64,000 bases of DNA, from positions 1 to 64,000 of the forward strand of contig NIVC01003859.1 in assembly GCA_002269645.1 (NCBI GenBank), written 5' to 3'. The notes under the pieces are model-generated. The model made no database searches. It worked only from the letters and a program-made list of their open reading frames with translations, and was not told the origin of the DNA. Shown piece by piece: positions 46,525-54,999 of this stretch (its first letter is position 1; the number at the start of each line of letters is the position of its first letter). The translations under genes were made by a program, and so were the position numbers. The stretch comes from Macrostomum lignano (Eukaryota).

Positions 46525-47175
46525 ATGTCTATTAATTTTGCAGGTGAATCCATTTCTGGCAACAGCGCTCTTACATCAGCTCAAATATCCATCCTTGACA
46601 GGCGATATATCAACAGCGACGAAGAGATCCCAGAGATCAAACTGAATAAAAACAGACTGAAACAATTAGAGCGCTCCATGCACCAGCTACAGATAAACAT
46701 AGAAGATCTCCGCATAAAAGTAGCCAGGCAGAAGTTTGAAAGTGATAAGCTTTATGTACAGGTTGATAACAGCACTAATGAACTAAGGTCAGAAATAACT
46801 TCGGTAGTCTCGCAAATCAACGGCTTGAGATCATCAGTTAATCTTCTGGGAAATTCCACTGATAGACGGATGCGTATTCTTGAAGGAGGAGTTTTCACAA
46901 ACACAGCTAAAGTAAATAATTTAGAAGAGTTCATGAACCAGTCAACAGCGTTGCATGATCAAATCAAAGTAAGAATTACTGCAAATAAAGTCTTTGTAGA
47001 TTTAATTTTTACCGAATGGCAGAAATCGTTGAGAAGAATCAGTCGTCTTGAACGCTTGCATAATCTCAAAAACATTGACGCTGAAGAGGCACCACAGACC
47101 TGCACAAGGGAAATAAGTGATCCAACCGACTTGTTTGAGATCAGGCGTAGAATGGAGCTCACAGACAATGAATAG
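46525..47175 (+). CDS. 216-aa coiled-coil-rich protein, unknown function
   Basis: Intact ORF, heptad-rich, AAAAGATG start. Confidence 0.65.
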   Translation: MSINFAGESISGNSALTSAQISILDRRYINSDEEIPEIKLNKNRLKQLERSMHQLQINIEDLRIKVARQKFESDKLYVQVDNSTNELRSEITSVVSQINGLRSSVNLLGNSTDRRMRILEGGVFTNTAKVNNLEEFMNQSTALHDQIKVRITANKVFVDLIFTEWQKSLRRISRLERLHNLKNIDAEEAPQTCTREISDPTDLFEIRRRMELTDNE

Positions 47176-47284
47176 GCAGATTCGAAGAGACCCGTTGCCA
47201 TGACTGCAGACAAAGCAACCAAACGTAAAACAAATCTAACCACCACCAACTAGTTGCAGATTTTTTTTAAAAATTCCTTAAAAA

Positions 47285-47862
47285 ATGGATGCTCAAAATT
47301 CTCTTTATGATCCGAACGCTCCCACAGCACCTAGTGCACCCCAATATGAGCAACAAAAACTCTACCCCGTCATTACTTGTAACTCTCAACAGTTTCGACT
47401 GGTGGAGATTCAAAAAATGCGCGATGATCTTGAAAAAAATATTTTCCACAACACAAAGAAAATTAAGCGCTATAACAGCCACTGTAAATTTTTCGACTAT
47501 AGCAATATGATTCTAGGATCTGTGTCTGTTCTATCTGGATCTGCTGCGGCTGTCTCAGTGATGCCAGCCATCACAGCCCCAATCGCAATTCCACTTGGTT
47601 CAGTAGGTGCTGCATGTGGACTTATTTCAGCAATTACTGGAGCAGTAGCGCGAAACAGGCGAAAAAACTAAAGCAGCTACAGGAGAAGCAAGTAAAAGAG
47701 AAAGGGGTGCACACTTCAATCATAGGGTACATTTCAAGGGCAATCGAGGATAAGTTCATTTCAGAGGACGAGTTCAAAACCATTCAGGATCTTTATGAAC
47801 AATCAATTCGAATGAACTTGAACATGGTCGGTACTGATGACATGAGTCAGCTGAAAAATGAA
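47285..47862 (+). pseudogene. Conserved Polinton membrane-helix protein, frameshifted at ~47650 and fused at its end to the truncated pPolB
   Basis: P.AP...LYP...FRL.EI, a hydrophobic Gly/Ala segment, then in another frame ISRAIEDKFISEDEFK (IS.A..D..IS..EF pattern of a common Polinton ORF). 'gcgcgaaa' suggests a 2-bp insertion. Confidence 0.6.
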
Positions 47863-50659
47863 CGTTTTTTAGATTCTGTGTTAGTTTCTCTGTATGTTCT
47901 TTTTCTGTTCCTGACAGGTGCCAAGTTCCATTGGGAGTTTCGATTATTTTCGGGCACTTGATGTTCTCTGGGAAGGGTGGAAAGTCAGAGAAATAGTCGT
48001 GAAGCTCTGGTGGAATGTAAACATCAACTTCATAAATGGCAGCCAATGAAAAATCCCACTTTAGTTCTGATGAGGGTAGCCATCGAAAATCTCTAACTGG
48101 AAGATCTTGACTCATCGCCCAACCGTAGAGATTATTAGCGTCCAAGTAAGTAATGTAGTTTGAGGGCTGCTCCTTATTGTAAGATTCAATGTAGGGATTG
48201 TTTGCTTTTGCATACCTGTTAACGCAAATTGAGATTCCCCCTCGCTTTGACGATTCGACAAAATTGTACATGTCAATGTTTGTAAGAAGTTCAATGTACC
48301 AATCTGGATCTTGATCCCATTTCATTTTAAGCAAAGATTCCCAGCTAGTGGCAGGCAGAGACACATAATGTGCTGGATCGAGGCCATATGCTGTGTACCA
48401 GGTATATCTGAAGGTTTCAAACACATCGGCCAGCAGAAACACATCTGTGAAGAGGTAAAGCAGGTGATACTGGAAGAAGTTTTGACAATTAAAGTAATTA
48501 TAGACATGCTTCGCGTGCTCATAGTCTTTGTCAGAGATTCCAGAGTCTGTTAGCTTTGAAAAGAACTTCTCCTGTGTTGGTAAACCTTCTTCAAATACGT
48601 GATACCCAGTAATATTCTCATAGGGGTAGAACCCTTTCTTTCTTAAAAGTTTAAATGATTCATCACTGTTGTTAATTTTACTTGCAAACATCTTTGTATA
48701 CGTACATTGTTCATCTTTTAGATTCTTGCTTAGTTCGTCTAGACTGGCAGCTAGAAATTGATATGAATCCTTCAATCTTATTTTACCTGTACCCGAATTA
48801 TCCTGTTTAATATCAACACACTTAAACTTCTCCTTGTTCTCTGCGATGCAGTCAAGGTGTATGTCTGGAATCATGCCGATTTTTTCAACTATTAAATGCA
48901 TGTCATAGTTCTTTGCGTTGTGACAAAATATTGTTAGATCATGAATGTTCGATTTTAGCTTTAGATTACATGTGTTATGCGCTGCACCTCTAAATTTCCC
49001 AGTATAGTGGCAGTGGTCCCTAACGGTGGGGTTTTTAACATCAGTGCAAGTGAACTGTTTCCTGCAGATGTGGCAATGAGTTGCTGATAGGAAATTACGT
49101 TCATCCTCCTCAGTCATCATTATTGGAACAGGTTGAAGGGTGCTAATCACTTTTTGCAACTCTAACATTCTGGCAATAAACTGCTCCACACACTGCTCTC
49201 CAAAGAAATAATTATACTCAACAAGTCCTTTTGTATTAATAAAGGCATATGCTACTGAATTGGGGACATGTTTTTGAGTTTCTGGCATGATTGAGCATTC
49301 GAAATCAGCATATACAACAAATGGGAGCTTCTCCATCTTGTGATAGTTCTTAAACCGGAGATACTTCTCTTCAGCTGAAGGAAGAGAGCAGTTTGTCGGG
49401 TGATCCTCGCATGATAATTCATGCTCTGTTAGTTTTTCAAAGCGTTCAGGTCCACTGTAATGCTTAAGGCACAAGCGGCAGATGGCAACAGCCTCGTGAT
49501 GATTATTCAACTGCTTGTGAATGAGTCTTGAAAGATCTTTAATCCAAACATAGTGAGCCTCCTCTAGTAAATTACCAATCACTAGAAGATCCACTTCAAT
49601 CCGCCTTTTCCCCTCGGGATCTAAAACGTCTTTGCTACATCTGACCGGTTGAACTTTCTCAGTTTTTTCACTCCACTCAAAGACTGTGATTCTAATTTTG
49701 TTATTGAACACTTCTTCTAGCTTTGGGATCTGAGAGATCGCCAAGCCTCCTTTGTCAAACCTGATTCCCTTCTTTTCGCATTCGATGAGATAGTAGTTGA
49801 AATAATTTCGATAATTTGAGGTTCTTTCGGGGTGGTGAGGGACACTATCATGAAAAAGTGCAGAAAGAACTGCCAGGCTGGAATTGTACTTATAGATTAT
49901 AGAATATAGATTCTTTATAGAAATTAGACAGCAATTGTCTTTATTTTTAACATTTATGCAAGCTTTTTTGCCGGCCAGCTTGTGTGGGAGCTCTATATAA
50001 GAGGAGGCTTTAAGTGGGTCATATTTCATGACCATGACAGTCGCTCTTTGAATCCCTCCCACGACCCATCCGGAACCTCTGGATGTAAACGCTTCAATTT
50101 TCTTATTGACATCTTGAAGGAAAGGATCCGGTGTGTCTGTAGGGGTGAATGGCTTTGCCTTTGTTGTCATGTAATACTCGAGATGCTCAGTGGGTTTCGC
50201 AGGCATATAAAACGCAATCTTGAATGATATCTGTAGTTTAAAGGTCTTGCGTGTTTTGAGTGTGTGATCAACTTAAACGTATGTAAACTTCCTCTGTGCA
50301 AAATTAATCTCTTCAATGGCAAGCTCCGACTCTTTTAAATGGATTAATTGCTCTAATTTCTCTTGTTCCTGCTTATTTTGTGGGTACTTTGCTTTTTCAC
50401 CAGTGAGAGTTTCGTATTTGTTAACTAAGTTGCGACTCCTCTCTTGGTGTTCCTTTGCAGGATTTTTTATAGGCGCATACTGGTTAGATTCTAATTGATT
50501 GATGATTTCCAACTGTTTTTCATAGCTTCCCAGGTGACCAGGGTCGGTGTTAAACTTTTGCTTGCACGCTTTTCTTAGTAAATTACTTTTGTCTTGAAAT
50601 GAGACGCCTTTTGAAAAATATTTGTTGACTAAATCTTTTGCTGGATTAGCTTTTGGCAT
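47862..50659 (-). pseudogene. Protein-primed family B DNA polymerase (pPolB) with in-frame TAA at 50273-50275 and loss of the C-terminal palm
   Basis: ORF 50273-50659 is in frame with ORF 47774-50206 across one stop. Motifs GSGW, YADFE (ExoI), HCHYTG..RGAAH..CNL, HNAKNYD (ExoII), KGFYPY, Y...DV.LL (ExoIII), RGG and DANNLYG..M (motif A). Homology stops at KLTQNLK; no KxxxNxxYGK or YxDTDS. Confidence 0.9.
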
Positions 50660-50782
50660 TTTTTTCTATAAAATAAAAAAAATTTTGAGGGTGACCACCC
50701 TGATAGAAAAGTTGAACTGTTTCTACACCCTATCAGTAGCGTTAGGTTTATGAAGCTGGATAAAGTGGGGTTTTAAACCTCA

Positions 50783-51241
50783 TCACATCCGCATTATTGT
50801 AAACCCAGCATTGTGCAGTGTCATGATGGCTTTGACAATGTCAGACTTGCTTATAGAATCTTCATGCTCAAAATCATCACGATCGGGGCAGCCCTCAGGG
50901 CAGCCCTCTCCTGCCTTAATTGTTATACCTTTGTCTCTTGCAATCTTTTGCAATTCTAGCTGGTGGGCTCTATCATTCCCAGCTTTAACAGCAGTTGCTA
51001 CACCTCCAGCTACACCACCTGCGGCACTTACAGCGCCTGCAATGATCGGAATAAGAGCTGCTAATGGTAGGATTCCTCCTGACTTTTCATCTGTGATGCT
51101 GTGTCTTTGCTCATTACACTGAAGTATTTGCTGCACGGGATCGATTTTTACTTTGGCACCTTTAATTGATATAAGACCTGGTTTCTTTGATTCAATGATT
51201 TTATTGAGTTTATTGATGGTTCTGGTTTCAATCTTTGTCAT
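50783..51241 (-). CDS. 152-aa putative core/membrane-lytic protein with GG/GxG motifs
   Basis: KSGG|ILPLAALIPIIAGAVSAAGGVAGGVATAV amphipathic segment, a pattern seen in Polinton/adintovirus core proteins. Confidence 0.65.
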   Translation of the reverse strand: MTKIETRTINKLNKIIESKKPGLISIKGAKVKIDPVQQILQCNEQRHSITDEKSGGILPLAALIPIIAGAVSAAGGVAGGVATAVKAGNDRAHQLELQKIARDKGITIKAGEGCPEGCPDRDDFEHEDSISKSDIVKAIMTLHNAGFTIMRM

Positions 51242-51257
51242 TTTTTATTTTAATATT

Positions 51258-52253
51258 TTAATTAATTTCTGTGTCAGCCGGTATCACTAGGAGTTCAGCT
51301 CTAGTGAATGACCGTGTGGGGGATTTAGGGTTAAAGGCCTGAGATAAAAAGTAATAGTCACCGGAGTCGGAGATAAAATGTCTGTCTATTTTATGTACAT
51401 CAAGGCTGAAGTATGGATCTGTAGCTCTTCTTTTAGTGTCTTTCTCTAGCTCTCCAGGTAGATATAAAAAGCGTAGAAACTCAGAGTTTGTCAGTATGTA
51501 TGGTGATTCAACTCCTGGAAGCTTAGGGTAGTTCGAGGTGTCTGTTCTATGAGATGACTTAAGTTCGACAGTGTCTTGTTTAATTGCATGGGACGGTTTC
51601 AATCCAGTCATGCGCGTGACTTCATTGTTCAGTTGCTCTATAACAGTGGGGAGCCGGTCTGTCCACTTGGTATAGTACTGACCACTTTTTAGTTTCAGCT
51701 CTTCAGCTGTCTGCTTAGTAAATAGCCTCTTGGCTAGAGTTAGATTGAATCTTTCCACAAAAGCCTGGTCTCTGTGCAAGTTTGTTCTGCCATAGCGAAT
51801 CTCTGTATTTTTCTTTTCCATAAGGGATTTGACTGCCCCAAAGAATTCTTTACCCGGGTCGGTCATAAAGATTTGGGGGTATGTGAGCGGAGAGTTTTTA
51901 TAAATATCTTGGAGGGCGGCTGCAACTGCTTCTGACTTCTTCGTCTTAAGCGGTCTCGCTTCCTTATATCTGGAGGCAACGTCTGTAATTGTAAGAGCAT
52001 ACTTGTAGCCTGAGTCGTTGGGGAGAAACAAAAGATCTGCTTGGTGCGCCTCATTAGGTTTATAAATACTGAAATGGGGCCTTTCAAATTTTACTGGTGG
52101 GAAATAGACTTGAAAGACAGCCTGCTTAGAGAGCCACTTTTCTACTTTAGCTTTTGGTTCCTTACTTAGTTCTGCGAGTTTGGTGACTGCATTTTTTCCT
52201 ACAAAGAATCCTTTGTCGCTGTAGTAGAGTTTTTTAAGTTTCTGATCTGTCAT
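51258..52253 (-). CDS. Retroviral-like DDE integrase (331 aa)
   Basis: HQADL, ITDVASRY...PLKTK, TDPGKEF and VERFNLTL; intact. Confidence 0.93.
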   Translation of the reverse strand: MTDQKLKKLYYSDKGFFVGKNAVTKLAELSKEPKAKVEKWLSKQAVFQVYFPPVKFERPHFSIYKPNEAHQADLLFLPNDSGYKYALTITDVASRYKEARPLKTKKSEAVAAALQDIYKNSPLTYPQIFMTDPGKEFFGAVKSLMEKKNTEIRYGRTNLHRDQAFVERFNLTLAKRLFTKQTAEELKLKSGQYYTKWTDRLPTVIEQLNNEVTRMTGLKPSHAIKQDTVELKSSHRTDTSNYPKLPGVESPYILTNSEFLRFLYLPGELEKDTKRRATDPYFSLDVHKIDRHFISDSGDYYFLSQAFNPKSPTRSFTRAELLVIPADTEIN

Positions 52254-52284
52254 TTTTTTTAAAAAGAAAATTTAAAATAAAATA

Positions 52285-52734
52285 ATGCAACGCTCTGGTG
52301 GTAAGTTAGATTCACATGGACTGATAGAAAAGCTTCCTCATCCAAACAAAGGCTGGACACTTCCCGGCTATAAATATTGCGGGCCTTTGAATCCACTTGA
52401 AATACAGTTAGATACAAACGATAATCCAAATCCTGGGCATGAGCCTGTGAACGAGCTAGACTCTGTCTGCATGTGGCACGATGTTAAATATAGAGATTTT
52501 CCTGAGGAGAAGAATCACTGGGACAAAGAAATGCTTAAGAGACTAGACAATATAGGGGCTTCAAGCGGATTTCGTGAGTCGATCGCTCGGAAGCTAGTTA
52601 AAGCTGTTATTTTTAGTAAGGCAAAGTTGGGATTGGGAATGGACGTCGAGGGTGGGGTGGGTTTTGCATTGCACGCGCCAAGTCAAGAACTAGGAAGACT
52701 GTTGAAAGAGCTGGGGGTTGAGAGAGCAGAATGA
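52285..52734 (+). CDS. Parvovirus VP1u-like phospholipase A2 protein (149 aa)
   Basis: LPGYKYCGP Ca-binding loop, PVNELD..C..HD..Y catalytic motif and downstream D..ML. Confidence 0.88.
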   Translation: MQRSGGKLDSHGLIEKLPHPNKGWTLPGYKYCGPLNPLEIQLDTNDNPNPGHEPVNELDSVCMWHDVKYRDFPEEKNHWDKEMLKRLDNIGASSGFRESIARKLVKAVIFSKAKLGLGMDVEGGVGFALHAPSQELGRLLKELGVERAE

Positions 52735-52743
52735 TTCTCTCTC

Positions 52744-52871
52744 CACTTGTGTGGAGCGAAAAGAAGCGAAGGCCAAAAGGCCAGAACGCAAAGGATTTTG
52801 GCCTCGAGTAAGGCCAAATTTTATCGCAAACTGGCCTTTTGGCCTTCGCTTCGCTTTTCTCCACACAAGTG
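52744..52871. other. ~128-nt fold-back with GGCCAAAA arms; inverted homologue at 41396-41483
   Basis: 52764-52784 and 52831-52851 are perfect 21-bp inverted repeats, with outer (cacttgtgtggag) and inner (tttggcct/aggccaaa) stems. Confidence 0.8.
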
Positions 52872-53255
52872 TACAGTCTTGAGCACACTGGTTTCGGCTA
52901 CAATCTCTCTTTCCACCATGCTTCTCCTTCATGCTCCTCACCTCCTCACCCTATGCTTTGTCTATAGAGAAGTCTCACCCCTCACATTCACACACCTCAT
53001 GTTCTCTCGTACACTGAGCTATATCGATTGTTTTTCCCTGCTTGACTCCAAGATTGTACAGTCTGGAATTTTCTAGAATTTTCTACGGCTAGCTGTATTT
53101 AAGCAAACACAGAAACACTCGGGCTGCTTCTCCCCACATATGCCCTCAACTGCTACTGATAAACGGCGACTGCGAACTTAAATTCGCCCACGCTGAAAGT
53201 GATCTAAGAAATCGTCCGCCAAACTAGAAGATTAGAAGACAAGAAGATTTAGAAA

Positions 53256-53933
53256 ATGGAAGTCGAGTGGAATCTTCATTTGACAGATAAGCAAGGCCTT
53301 TGTGCCATGCTACAAAGAGTTTTACAGTATATTCCGTCGCATCTACAAGCAAGAAGAAGGGAGGAACTAACCACCTTTTTCGGTCTAGAAACTGGCGACC
53401 TACCAATCGAGTTTTTCGCCATGGCCCCTGATGATATCGCCGCAGCGAATGAAGCGCAAAATGTGAGTAGCGAAGAGAAGAAGGCGGCGGCTCTGCAGAA
53501 GAAGATGGCGGATCTGCAGATATTCAGGGAGAAGTTGTACGCATCCCGCGTAACACTAGCTGATCAGCTGATGGACGTTGTTGATCACCAGCTTCCATCT
53601 GGCGAGCAGAACATCATCACTAGGGTGAAGGCGGCTCTAGCAAAATACAAGAAGACTCAAATTGGAGGTCTACATTGGATTCTCGAAGTTGGGCGGCTGC
53701 TAAAAACTTATCGCACCGAGAACTTTGGACAAGATGTTAAAGTGCGGTTCGCCCATTTGTGTAAAAATGTAAACATCCAGGAATCAACTGGCTATTTGTA
53801 CATTCGTCTGTACAAACTGTCTGTTACCTACCCAGGCTTGAGACAGGTGTCAATGCCAATTAGGGAACTAAACTCTAAGATGAAGTTTCTAGAAGAAATT
53901 TTGGCCAGTGATCCTGCGTGGAAAGTTGTGTAA
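53256..53933 (+). CDS. 225-aa orphan ORF near the right TIR
   Basis: Intact ORF, AGAAAATG start, helical composition; no motif recognised. Confidence 0.7.
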   Translation: MEVEWNLHLTDKQGLCAMLQRVLQYIPSHLQARRREELTTFFGLETGDLPIEFFAMAPDDIAAANEAQNVSSEEKKAAALQKKMADLQIFREKLYASRVTLADQLMDVVDHQLPSGEQNIITRVKAALAKYKKTQIGGLHWILEVGRLLKTYRTENFGQDVKVRFAHLCKNVNIQESTGYLYIRLYKLSVTYPGLRQVSMPIRELNSKMKFLEEILASDPAWKVV

Positions 53934-54085
53934 TTTTTAAATTCAGTTCATTTAGAATTTTTCTAACGCGTTATATTTTAGAATTTCAAAGAGAAGATTC
54001 AACAACTGGAGACAGCCGATTGGTTAAGTAGAGGAGGGTAGCAATTTTCTCAGTACTGTGTGCAACTCAGTCAATGGGTTTTAAA

Positions 54086-54388
54086 TTCTAACGCTGCTAG
54101 AAATTTCTATGTGAAAAGTTTCCCGCAAGATAAGCTTGGGCACACCAAATTTTCACATAGAAAATTCTAACGCGTTAGAGAATCTAGCTGCTGGCTCAAA
54201 GAAACGCTAGGCTGGCTCTGTATGGTTAAATAGAGGGGGGTAGAAATTTTCTAACGCCGTTAGAATTTTCTATGTGAAAAGCTTCCCGCAAGATAAGCTT
54301 GGGCACACCAAATTTTCACATAGAAAATTCTAACGCGTTAGAGAATCTAGCTGCTGGCTCAAAGGAACGCTAGGCTGGCTCTGTATGT
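54086..54388. repeat. 163-bp-period direct duplication rich in palindromes, subterminal in the Polinton
   Basis: Copies start at 54086 and 54249; each has ttctatgtgaaaa...ttttcacatagaa and tctaacgcgttaga. Confidence 0.85.
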
Positions 54389-54999
54389 TGTTGAAGAATT
54401 CTAACTCAGATCCTACATAGTGTCTGTTTTTTCTACCATTTTTGATAATCTTGTAATAGTTGATACATATCCTATCAGCTGTGCAACTGTTAATAAATAT
54501 ATAATTCTTACTAATGAATAATAAAATTATTTATATTTCTTCAATGGGTAAGGACCCTGCGCTGATAATTTAAAGTCTTAGGGATCTGGTAGCACGTTGC
54601 GAATTGAATGTGGGGAGAAGAATGCAGATTATTTTCTGATTGTTTTAGAAATGTTATGGGTAGATGTCGGTGGATGATGTCAGTGTCAGTGAGCATAACA
54701 GGTGTCCACAGTGAGCATAACAGGTATCAGTTGACACCTGCTCTGATTCTGTCAGGGATAATATGGATGGATTTAATGGGATTATGTTCGAAGTTTTCGG
54801 AGCAAGTGCGGCCCCTCCCCTTTTTCATGATTCTGTCAGGGATAATATGGATGGATTTAATGGGATTATGGAGGACGTTTTGTGAGCGAGTGCGACCCCC
54901 CTTTTTTTCTGATTCTGTCAGGGATAATATGGATGGATTTAGGTGGATTATGGAGGACGTGAAAAATTTTGTCCCAAAAGCCCCTTCATGCCTTCTACT

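Larger units (their letters stand above)
40704..54999. mobile_element. Polinton/Maverick (adintovirus-like endogenous virus), 14,296 bp, replication-defective
   Basis: Ends AGTAGAAGG...CCTTCTACT; TIRs 40704-~41123 and ~54540-54999; perfect 6-bp TSD TAAGGA (40698-40703, 55000-55005); hallmark MCP, mCP, ATPase, pPolB and INT genes. Confidence 0.95.

Noticed and set aside
45230-47660. Single frameshifts at ~45238 and ~47650 (and ~22721 in Gypsy copy 1) as programmed recoding
   Set aside because: They fall in short G or CG runs without slippery heptamers; mutation or long-read consensus error is more likely.
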